From NCBI GenBank assembly GCA_963698885.1, contig CAVOSJ010000006.1, positions 325,186 to 389,185 on the forward strand: a stretch of DNA of 64,000 nucleotides. The letters run 5' to 3'. Position 1 is the stretch's first letter. Each line of letters starts with the position of its first letter. The stretch comes from Nitrospirota bacterium. GTDB taxonomy: Bacteria > Nitrospirota > JACRHJ01. Made by a program: the position numbers and the translations under genes. Shown here piece after piece: positions 10,292-19,206 of the stretch. The notes beneath the pieces were generated by a model. That model was not told the origin of the DNA and made no database searches. It saw only the letters and a program-made list of their open reading frames with translations.

Positions 10292-11447
10292 TTAACGCGG
10301 CTTTTCGGCGGACTCAAGCGCCCGCTCAAGGTCCTCTACGAGGTCATTTGCGTCTTCGATTCCCACGGAGAGCCTGACTGTGCCCTCGGTTATCCCGCGG
10401 GCGAGTTTCTCCGCTGCGGGCAGCGGCCCGTGGCTCATCGTCCACGGATGCCCGGCCAGCGACTCCACCCCCCCGAGGCTTTCGGCCAATGAAAATACCC
10501 TTAGGCTGTCTAAAAAAACCTTGGCCGCCGGGAGACCGCCCTTAAGCCGCACCGTCACCATGCCCCCGAAACCCCGCATCTGGGATTTTGCGACCGCATG
10601 GCCGGGATGGCCCTGTAAGCCCCGGATAATATACTTCCTCCGCCAGGGGGTGCGCCGTCAGGAAGCGCGCGACGGCAAGGGCGTTGGCTTCGTGCTGGCG
10701 CATCCGAACCGCGAGCGTCTTTAATCCCCTTAGCGCAAGCCAGCAGTCGAAAGGCCCGGGCACCGCCCCGGCAAGCCGAAGGTATAGCTGGACCTTCTGA
10801 AATATTTCCTGGTTTGAAGTTATTACCGCGCCGCCGATTAAGTCCGAGTGTCCCCCGATGTACTTGGTAGTGGAATGTACCACCACGTCCGCACCCAGTT
10901 CCAGCGGGTTCTGGAAGTAAGGCGTGGCAAACGTGTTGTCCACTACTAAAGGGATGGAGAGGGTCTTGCACCTCAGGGCGATAGCGCGTATATCCGAAAT
11001 CCCGAGTAACGGGTTGGCCGGAGACTCAAGCCACACCATCGCCACCGTCTCGTCTATCTTCGAGATGAATGAGCCCGTGTCGGACGAGCCGGCATAGACC
11101 GCGGTTATCCCGTTCTTTGCAAGCAGCCTGTCGAATATCCCATAGGTCCCGCCGTAGAGGTCTTCACAGACCAGCGCCTTCTCACCCGGCTGCAGCACGG
11201 AGAGCACGGCCATGGACGCAGCCTGGCCGGACGCGAAAGCGACGCAGGATTTTGCGCCTTCAAGTTCGGCAAGGCATGTCTCAAGGGCAGTCCGGGTCGG
11301 GTTCGCCACCCGCGAGTACTCATATCCCCGGTGCTTTCCAAGTTCGAGATGGGTAAAGGTGGAGGTCTGGTAAATGGGTACGACCGTCGCACCCGCAGCC
11401 TCGTCCGGCTCCTGCCCCGCGTGGATCGCCTTTGTCTCGAAACGCAT
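10292..11447 (-). CDS. PLP-dependent Cys/Met-metabolism enzyme (cystathionine gamma-synthase / O-acylhomoserine sulfhydrylase family); one apparent frameshift near 10560-10620
   Basis: ORF 10542..11447 (MRFETKAIHAGQ..., HSTTKYIGGHSD) plus ORF 10292..10579 (MRGFGGMVTVRLKGG...) together form the full-length fold. Confidence 0.8.
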
Positions 11448-11464
11448 AGAAAACCTCTAAAGTC

Positions 11465-11569
11465 GTTACTTTCTTTTCGGGTGAAAAGAAAGTAACACAA
11501 AGAAAAGCCGGGGTTTAAACCCCCCGCTTTCTTTTGTGTTACTTTTCTTTCCCGTGAAAGAAAAGTAAC
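11465..11569. repeat. mosaic palindromic intergenic repeat, copy 1 (R hairpin - GC-centred hairpin linker - R hairpin)
   Basis: GTTACTTTCTTTTC-GGGT-GAAAAGAAAGTAAC ... AAAGAAAAGCCGGGGTTTAAACCCCCCGCTTTCTTT ... GTTACTTTTCTTTC-CCGT-GAAAGAAAAGTAAC. Confidence 0.9.
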
Positions 11570-11574
11570 GGTTT

Positions 11575-11901
11575 TTATTCAAAAGAGCAGATATATTCCG
11601 TCACGCCCCCGTCCACGGCTATCTCGAAAAACGAGTCGCCGGGCACGTCGAAAAAAGTCCCCTCTTTATAAGCCGTCCAGGTCTGCTCGCCTTTCTGCTT
11701 CACGCGGCAGGAGCCTGCGATAATCTCCATCTTCTCCGGCGCGCCCGTGTTGAACTTGAACTCGCCCGGATATATAAGACCAAGGGTCTTTTTCGTCCCG
11801 TCCTTGAAAAGCACGGTGTGGCTGACCACCTTCCCGTCGAAATAAACGTTGGCCTTGCATACAACACTCACGTCGTCGAACTGCTTCGGCTGTTCCGGCA
11901 T
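11575..11901 (-). CDS. ppnP: pyrimidine/purine nucleoside phosphorylase PpnP (cupin-like, YaiE family)
   Basis: NVYFDGKVVS..., PGEFKFNTGAPEKMEIIAG..., ...TEYICSF align block-for-block with E. coli PpnP as I recall it; start set at internal ATG 11901. Confidence 0.8.
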   Translation of the reverse strand: MPEQPKQFDDVSVVCKANVYFDGKVVSHTVLFKDGTKKTLGLIYPGEFKFNTGAPEKMEIIAGSCRVKQKGEQTWTAYKEGTFFDVPGDSFFEIAVDGGVTEYICSFE

Positions 11902-12414
11902 AACCCCCACCCCCCAGTCCATTAAAAGTGAATTAATCCCGGTAATTGCCCTACTGTATAGCATGGAGCCGGCGATAATGTCAAACGCGCTGTATGCAGG
12001 CCATTAAATATGCCTAAATGGTACTTGAGAAAACGCCGCGATTATGGTAAACATCAGCAATGAATAAAAGGCTTGCCTTTATCATCTTCCCGGTCTGTTT
12101 TTTCATAGCTTTTTTGGGGGCGGACCTCCCAAAATTCGGGACCAGTCGTCACGCGAAACCGATCCCGATATTAAAGAGCCTTGTAGAATCTTCGGCGGAT
12201 TACTCCAAAGGCGCTTTAATAGATATCGGACCTTGCAAACACTATTACGATAATATCCCGCATAAGGAATATCCGCCTTTTTATCCGGAAGTTTCAAGGT
12301 TTAATCCCCGTATAGCGGTTTACTATATCGTAGCCAGGCCCCCTCCGACGATTTCCTGAAAACATTAATACGCAGTCGAAAAAAAGTTTACGGAATAACA
12401 AGGAGGTTCAACCC

Positions 12415-12975
12415 ATGGGGTCGTTTAAAAGGGGTTTGCTTATTTTCATCGCGGCGCTATTTATCTGCGCGGGTTTTTACGGCTGCGCGAAAAAACAGCT
12501 TAATACAGGCGGGGGCGAATTGAAAACCCAGCAGCCGCAAGCAGCCAAACAGACGCCGCCGGAAAACACGTCCAAAACCGAGGCGAAGGAAGTGCCTCCC
12601 GGCCCTAAGGAACAGCCTGCGCCGGTTGAAACGGCGCGGCAGGAGAAGGCGCTTAAGGATGTGCATTTCGCTTACGACAGCTACGACATTACGTCGGCGG
12701 AGGGCAATATACTGGAGGCCGACGCCAATTGGATAAAATCCAATAGGCCCGGGCTGGTCCTTATCGAGGGGAACTGCGACGAGCGTGGCACGGTAGAGTA
12801 TAACCTGGCTCTTGGTGAACGAAGGGCCGACGCCGCGGAAAAATATCTCGTGTCACTGGGTATTAAGGAAGCAAGGTTAAAGACCATCAGCTACGGGAAA
12901 AGCAAGCCCGTGGACGACGGGCACACGGAAGACGCCTGGGCGAAGAACAGACGCGACCATTTCGTCGTGCAGTAA
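12415..12975 (+). CDS. pal: peptidoglycan-associated lipoprotein (OmpA-C domain)
   Basis: signal peptide with lipobox ...AGFYGC; OmpA-like C-terminal domain (NCDERGTVEYNLALGERRA, GKSKP, NRRDHFV); AAGGAGG RBS. Confidence 0.85.
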   Translation: MGSFKRGLLIFIAALFICAGFYGCAKKQLNTGGGELKTQQPQAAKQTPPENTSKTEAKEVPPGPKEQPAPVETARQEKALKDVHFAYDSYDITSAEGNILEADANWIKSNRPGLVLIEGNCDERGTVEYNLALGERRADAAEKYLVSLGIKEARLKTISYGKSKPVDDGHTEDAWAKNRRDHFVVQ

Positions 12976-13071
12976 ATTCACCTGGATTCCAGCTGCAGGA
13001 ATGACACGGGGCGTATCATCTTCTCGAAACGCGGCATAGTCCAGTTAGGCGTGACCGACTACACTTAAGCG

Positions 13072-13099
13072 CTGGGGGGCGGAATATTCCGCCTCCCAG
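13072..13099. terminator. GC-rich hairpin (12-bp stem, 4-nt loop) between convergent pal and a minus-strand ORF; possible bidirectional terminator
   Basis: CTGGGGGGCGGA-ATAT-TCCGCCTCCCAG; no strong U-tract, so intrinsic termination is uncertain. Confidence 0.4.
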
Positions 13100-13106
13100 C
13101 CTTGGT

Positions 13107-13397
13107 TCACGCGGCCTTGCGAAGCGTTTTCCTGTCCGGCCGTAAAAGCCCGTCCGCGTCCCTTTTCACCTCGTCCCAGCAGTCCTCGCACGATTCGTGC
13201 AACCTGCCGAGCAGATTGGCCGCCTGGTCGCGGCGCTCCCCGAGCTCGATTATCATCTGCCTGTCGCGCAGCCTGCCGGCCGCATTTTCATTCTGCGACT
13301 TCTCTCGAAGCTCGTCTATCGCCAGGTCGATCTGCCGGACCTGCGCAGTCACCCGCAGGATATAGTCCTCTCTGGACTTCATGACGCTGGAGTTCAT
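13107..13397 (-). CDS. hypothetical protein (about 96 aa, predicted coiled-coil, basic C-terminus)
   Basis: ORF with internal ATG start at 13397 (MNSSVMKSREDYILRV...); divergent from the HD-GYP gene; no family recognised. Confidence 0.4.
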   Translation of the reverse strand: MNSSVMKSREDYILRVTAQVRQIDLAIDELREKSQNENAAGRLRDRQMIIELGERRDQAANLLGRLHESCEDCWDEVKRDADGLLRPDRKTLRKAA

Positions 13398-13497
13398 TTT
13401 ATACCCTCCCTGTTGGCCGCAGCGCCGCCACATCTGCCACACATTAAATTATATCAAAAAAATATATCAAAAAGTGACGGTGACGGAGTTAAAATCT

Positions 13498-13527
13498 TGA
13501 CAGCAAATTGTCAGTGCTGTAGTATTA
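13498..13527 (+). promoter_or_regulatory. putative sigma70-type promoter (TTGACA-17 nt-TAGTAT) with the -35 embedded in an 18-bp near-palindrome TTGACAGCAAATTGTCAG (candidate operator)
   Basis: direct reading of the HD-GYP upstream region; palindrome arms TTGACA/TGTCAG. Confidence 0.35.
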
Positions 13528-13588
13528 GCATCACTTAAATCTGGACGCACTGCAGTCCGCTTTAGCAATAAGTTTAGGAGTGCATTTG

Positions 13589-15487
13589 ATGGTCCTCGGC
13601 TTCTTAGGAAGCGGAAAGTTCAAGTGGGGGCTTATCGGCGCTTTAGCAGGCGTTGCGGCCCCCATTTTCTTTTTCATCCTCCAGCCTTCCGTACAAAACC
13701 GTGGCACGTTGTTCGCCTTGGGCGTCGCCTTATGCTCTGCCTGGGCGGTTGGCCTGGGCGGGCTTCTTTTTGGCCACCTCCGGGACGGGGACCTTAAGTA
13801 CCGCCAAAAGATGGAGCTCCGGGAAAAAGAGGTCACGGTGCTGGAGTCTCTTTCCGAAGCGATGTCCGGCACGAAAAACCTGGATTCGCTCCTACACTCC
13901 GCGCTCCGCGAGACCATCGAGTTTTCTTTTTTAAACGGCCTCACGAGATGCGCCGCGTTCGTGAAGGAATCGGCGGACGGGCCGCTCAAGCTTGCCGCGA
14001 AGATAGACAGGGACCCCAGGCTGGGCTCGTTTGAGAAAGATATAGAAGCCTGGAAGAGCCTGTGCGGCATTGCCGCCGAGACCGGCGAGATGATCATCTG
14101 TCCGGACGCCTCCAAAGACGAGCGGGTGCCTTCCGCGGAGCCGAGGGGATATGTCGCGGTCCCGCTGAAAAGCGCCGACAGAGTCCTGGGCGTCCTGGTT
14201 TACTGTCTGCCTGAAAATAGCACTCCCACATTCGAAGATGCGAAGCCGCTCTTTGCCGCCGCGGCCAGGATATGCTCATACGCCGAAAACCTCATGCTCT
14301 CCGGCCAGGCGCTCATGGTCTCCGAAGACATGGCGAAAAACGAACAGACGCTGGCTAAGAAGGTGGCCCAGCTCCATTCGCTGGTGGAGGTTGACCGCAT
14401 CATCCTCTCCACCATGGACAGAGACGAGATGCTGCACAAGGTCAGCGTGCAGATACGTACCCTCGTCCCGGCGGACCTTGGCGGCGTCGCGTTATGCGAC
14501 CCGGAGACCGGCGACTTCCGCTACATCGGCGGCTGGGGGATGGAGATACGAAACCGCGAGATACTTCAGACCTCGGACTGGCTGGGCAGCCCGGTCTTAA
14601 ACCGGGGGAAGCCGATGACGAGGAAGAATATCGACGAGGATATAATCCTCTCTCCCTTCGACAAGCTCCTGCACGAGTTGGGGGTGAAGTCGGACCTGTA
14701 CGCCCCCATCATCCGTAAGGGGAAGACGGTGGGGATATTCTTTCTCGGGTGCTTCAGGGAGGGCGCTTTTAACATGGAGGACGTGGATACCACCGTGGTC
14801 TTCGCCTCCAGGATGGGCCTCGCCTTAGAGCACGTCCGGCTCATCTACGACTTAGATGAGATGTCGGTGAACATCATCCATGCCCTGGCCTCCGCCATCG
14901 ACGCCAAAAGCTCGTGGACGAAAGGCCATTCGGAGCGCGTCTCCGATTACTCCCTGGCGATCGCCGAACGGATGGGCATGGCAAAACGCGAAATAGAGCG
15001 CCTACGTCTGGCCGGCCTCCTGCACGATATCGGCAAGATCGGGACGTACGACGTACTGCTGGACAAGACCGGCAGGCTGACGGACGAGGAATGGGAGCTT
15101 ATCAAGCTCCACCCGTCAAGGGGCTGCGAGATACTCGAACCTATAACGGAGTTCCGGGACATCCTTCCCGCCGTCAGGCACCACCACGAGCGCTGGGACG
15201 GCACCGGCTACCCGTCCGGGCTTCGCGGAGAGGCCATACCCCTCATGGCGCGCATCCTCACCGTCGCTGACTCGTTCGACACCATGACCGCGGACAGGCC
15301 GTACCGCTCCGCTATCGGCGTAACCAACGCCATACAGGAAATCCGTTACTGCACCGGGACGCAGTTCGCACCCGATGTCGCGGACGTATTCCTCCGGCTC
15401 GTCACGGAAAAGGGGGCGGACCTGAACCTGCTTCGGCAGAATGCAACCCACAGAGGCGCCTTCCCCGCCGCTTCCGGAACGTTATAA
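13589..15487 (+). CDS. membrane-anchored GAF-domain HD-GYP phosphodiesterase (c-di-GMP signalling)
   Basis: N-terminal TM helices, GAF region, C-terminal HD-GYP core (LAGLLHDIGKIG, HHERWDGTGYP); ATG at 13589 is 10 nt after AGGAG. Confidence 0.85.
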   Translation: MVLGFLGSGKFKWGLIGALAGVAAPIFFFILQPSVQNRGTLFALGVALCSAWAVGLGGLLFGHLRDGDLKYRQKMELREKEVTVLESLSEAMSGTKNLDSLLHSALRETIEFSFLNGLTRCAAFVKESADGPLKLAAKIDRDPRLGSFEKDIEAWKSLCGIAAETGEMIICPDASKDERVPSAEPRGYVAVPLKSADRVLGVLVYCLPENSTPTFEDAKPLFAAAARICSYAENLMLSGQALMVSEDMAKNEQTLAKKVAQLHSLVEVDRIILSTMDRDEMLHKVSVQIRTLVPADLGGVALCDPETGDFRYIGGWGMEIRNREILQTSDWLGSPVLNRGKPMTRKNIDEDIILSPFDKLLHELGVKSDLYAPIIRKGKTVGIFFLGCFREGAFNMEDVDTTVVFASRMGLALEHVRLIYDLDEMSVNIIHALASAIDAKSSWTKGHSERVSDYSLAIAERMGMAKREIERLRLAGLLHDIGKIGTYDVLLDKTGRLTDEEWELIKLHPSRGCEILEPITEFRDILPAVRHHHERWDGTGYPSGLRGEAIPLMARILTVADSFDTMTADRPYRSAIGVTNAIQEIRYCTGTQFAPDVADVFLRLVTEKGADLNLLRQNATHRGAFPAASGTL

Positions 15488-15785
15488 CCCGCGCCTGAAG
15501 TGAATTTGCGGATAATGAGGTCCCGCTGATATAATTTAGGTATGAATACCGAAAAGATAGTACGCTTTGCCGTCGGGGCAATCGTAGGCGCGGTTGCGGG
15601 ATTAGTCCTGGCCCGGTTAATCGCGGCTATCACGGCCAAAAAAGCAGTACCGGAACCGTACATGCCCAAAAAGATGGGGAAGCTTATCCGCCTCCCGCTC
15701 CCGAACCCAAGGGGCATAGATTAAAAAAGGTTAAAAAAGCTCCGAAAATACCTGCCGTTACCATTTTTTTAATTCCTTTTTAGTG

Positions 15786-15814
15786 TTGAACTATCCCCCT
15801 GCCTCTGGTATAAT
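15786..15814 (+). promoter_or_regulatory. putative sigma70-type promoter TTGAAC-17 nt-TATAAT upstream of the RDD-family gene
   Basis: near-consensus -35/-10 hexamers with 17-nt spacer, about 65 nt upstream of the start at 15879. Confidence 0.45.
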
Positions 15815-15878
15815 ATCCGCACTTTTGCAAGCGTTTGAGAAATGTGCGATTTTTTGCCTTGGAGGCCCCGCTTAAAGC

Positions 15879-16457
15879 ATGGTCAAACACGACCCGGAAG
15901 GCGACGACCTTCCTTCCGAGCTTGACGAGGAAGAAGACGAGGGGGGGCGGGCCGAAGAGGCTCTATTGGGTATAGGCGCCGCGGGCAGCCCGGAGACACC
16001 GTTGACGCCTTCCGTGATGGTGGCGGACGTGGGCGCGGCCTCTCAATCTTCAGCCGCGGAGGCGGCCAAGGCCAATACCTTAAACCGCTGCATCGCCAAG
16101 TTCATCGACATACTCATCGCGCTTCTTTTGGCGAGGCTCCCGGGTTACATAGGTTTCTGTTCAGGACTTTTGTATATCGGTATCGCCGACGGTGTGATGG
16201 GCGGCAGGAGTGTCGGGAAAAAGATTGCCGGTTTAAGGGTCTATTCGAAAAAGACGGGTCAACTGGCGGACTTCCGCGCGTCCATACTAAGGAACTCCAC
16301 GATAGGCGTCTTTTACATCTTCTCGCTTATCCCGTTCGTCGGCTGGGCCGCCGGGATACTTGGCCTTGGTTTCGAACTCCTGCTCATCATCGGCAGTCCC
16401 GAGGGCATGAGGCTTGGCGACGAGATTGCGCTTACGGTGGTGAAGGACGAGGAATAA
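15879..16457 (+). CDS. RDD-family membrane protein with acidic N-terminal extension
   Basis: 192 aa; acidic N-terminus followed by multi-TM RDD-like region (NRCIAKFIDILIALLLARLPGY..., GGRSVGKKIAGLRV); GGAGG RBS. Confidence 0.7.
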   Translation: MVKHDPEGDDLPSELDEEEDEGGRAEEALLGIGAAGSPETPLTPSVMVADVGAASQSSAAEAAKANTLNRCIAKFIDILIALLLARLPGYIGFCSGLLYIGIADGVMGGRSVGKKIAGLRVYSKKTGQLADFRASILRNSTIGVFYIFSLIPFVGWAAGILGLGFELLLIIGSPEGMRLGDEIALTVVKDEE

Positions 16458-16467
16458 AATAACATTC

Positions 16468-16562
16468 GTTACTTTTCTTTCGAGAAAGAAAAGTAACCAA
16501 AAGAAAGCTGGACTTAAAACCGGTTTTCTTTGGTTACTTTCTTTTTTCCAAAAGAAAGTAAC
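16468..16562. repeat. mosaic palindromic intergenic repeat, copy 2
   Basis: GTTACTTTTCTTTC-GA-GAAAGAAAAGTAAC ... GTTACTTTCTTTTTTCCAAAAGAAAGTAAC. Confidence 0.9.
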
Positions 16563-16584
16563 AAAGGGTTTTCAGGAGATATAG

Positions 16585-17616
<1,032 letters not shown>

Positions 17617-17619
17617 CCC

Positions 17620-17717
17620 GTTACCTTTTTAGTAAAAAGGTAACGCCAAAAACTTTTAAACTTTTTTGGCCCCGCTTTCTTTTGTGTTACTTTTCTTTCC
17701 CGCGAAAGAAAAGTGAC
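17620..17717. repeat. mosaic palindromic intergenic repeat, copy 3 (P hairpin - linker - R hairpin)
   Basis: GTTACCTTTTTAGTAAAAAGGTAAC GCCAAAAACTTTT ... GTTACTTTTCTTTC-CCGC-GAAAGAAAAGTGAC. Confidence 0.9.
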
Positions 17718-17732
17718 GGTTTGGATTCTTAG

Positions 17733-18611
17733 ATGTTTCGCTACCTTGCCAGGAACAAGGGCATCCTGCTCTTGTTCCTCATAATCCTTTCAAGCTTCCT
17801 GATTATTACCTCGCAGGTAAGAAAGCCCCGCAATGCCTCTTTGCCTGAACGGGCAGTAACGATGCTCCTATCCCCGTTCGCCATGGGGACGCAGGCGGTA
17901 AAAAACAAGGTTACAGGCGCCTGGGACGGTTACGCGGGCCTCGTATCCGCGAGGGACGAGAACCTTCAGCTTAAAGACGCGAACAGGCGGTTCTACCTGG
18001 AGAACCTCCGCCTCAGTGAAGCCCTCCTTCGAAATGCCCGGATGGCCGAGCTTTCGTCCGTGGCGAAAGATTTCGGGTACCCGGCCGTCCCCGCGCACGT
18101 CATCGGGCGGGACGCCTCATCGTGGTTCAATACCGCCTGGATAGACGCGGGCGAGAAAGACGGCCTGGCCAGGAACATGCCCGCCGCCGCCCATACGGGG
18201 GTCGTGGGACATATCTCCAAAGTCTCGGGCGGGACGTCCCGCCTCACGCTTCTCACCGACCCGGCAAGCGCCGTGTCCTGCATAACCCAGCGCACACGCG
18301 AGCCCGGCATACTTGTCGGGGAGGGCACCGAACTGTGCCGTTTCCAGTACGTGGGCAAACAGGCCGACATTGCCGTGGGCGACCTGCTCATCACCTCGGG
18401 GTTGGACGGGATATTCCCGGCGGGTCTGCCCGTGGGGCGGGTGGCGCAGGTGTCGAAGACGGGCCAGGGATACTTCGAGGAAATCTACGTGCGCCCTATA
18501 GCTGACATAAAGCGGATAGAGGAAGTTTCCATCGTCCGTTACCAGGCGAAGCCCCTCCCTGCGGGTGAGCAGTCAAAGCCGAGGGAAAAAGGTAACGCCA
18601 AAAACTTTTAA
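17733..18611 (+). CDS. mreC: rod shape-determining protein MreC
   Basis: 292 aa, N-terminal TM, coiled coil, beta-rich C-terminal domain; position between mreB and mreD; last 8 codons and the stop lie inside repeat copy 4. Confidence 0.85.
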   Translation: MFRYLARNKGILLLFLIILSSFLIITSQVRKPRNASLPERAVTMLLSPFAMGTQAVKNKVTGAWDGYAGLVSARDENLQLKDANRRFYLENLRLSEALLRNARMAELSSVAKDFGYPAVPAHVIGRDASSWFNTAWIDAGEKDGLARNMPAAAHTGVVGHISKVSGGTSRLTLLTDPASAVSCITQRTREPGILVGEGTELCRFQYVGKQADIAVGDLLITSGLDGIFPAGLPVGRVAQVSKTGQGYFEEIYVRPIADIKRIEEVSIVRYQAKPLPAGEQSKPREKGNAKNF

Positions 18612-18671
18612 GACAAGTTTAACTTGTCCCGTTTTCTTTTGCTGCTTTTCTTTTCCGTAAAAGAAAAGCAG
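18586..18671. repeat. mosaic palindromic intergenic repeat, copy 4 (degenerate; overlaps mreC 3' end)
   Basis: AAAAAGGTAACGCCAAAAACTTTTAA ... GCTGCTTTTCTTTTCCGTAAAAGAAAAGCAG. Confidence 0.8.
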
Positions 18672-18681
18672 GGATCTTAAA

Positions 18682-19206
18682 ATGAAGCTGAATATCTCCG
18701 TATACGTCACGTTTATAATAATCGCCGCCCTCCAGGCCGTGCTGGGAGACTCCCTTTCCATCTGGGGTATAAAACCCAGCCTGATGCTGGTCGCGGTCTA
18801 TGCCTTCTCCATCACGGAGAACGGCCCGTCGGGCATAATTTACGGGGCTTTCGCGGGCTTCCTGGACGACTGCCTCTCCGGCGGCTATATCGGCCTCTTC
18901 GTCTCGGGTTACGCCCTCGTGGGGTACCTGGCTGGCCGGGCGGGGAAGAAGTGGTTCAATATCGGCGAGTCCGCGAACTTCGCGGGTATTTTCGTACTCT
19001 CGCTCATCAACGGAATTTACACGGCCGCCCTGGTCGAGACGGTACGGGGCGGAAACGAGATTATATATATGTCCCTGAGGTACGGCCTTCCCCAGGCGTT
19101 CTACAACGCCCTGGCAGGGGCGCTTATCCTGTGGCTTTTCAGGTCGCGCCTGTCCCAGAGAGTGCCCTGGCTCAAGACCATCAGGCAGCTGCAGGTCCGG
19201 ATATAA
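18682..19206 (+). CDS. mreD: rod shape-determining protein MreD
   Basis: 174 aa polytopic membrane protein directly downstream of mreC and abutting mrdA. Confidence 0.7.
   Translation: MKLNISVYVTFIIIAALQAVLGDSLSIWGIKPSLMLVAVYAFSITENGPSGIIYGAFAGFLDDCLSGGYIGLFVSGYALVGYLAGRAGKKWFNIGESANFAGIFVLSLINGIYTAALVETVRGGNEIIYMSLRYGLPQAFYNALAGALILWLFRSRLSQRVPWLKTIRQLQVRI

Noticed and set aside
12060-12359. 99-aa plus-strand ORF upstream of pal
   Set aside because: No RBS, no recognisable domain, sits in the promoter/leader region of pal; more likely non-coding.
15542-15724. 60-aa ORF with one hydrophobic helix downstream of the HD-GYP gene
   Set aside because: Plausible small membrane protein but no RBS or conservation evidence available; not supported well enough to call.
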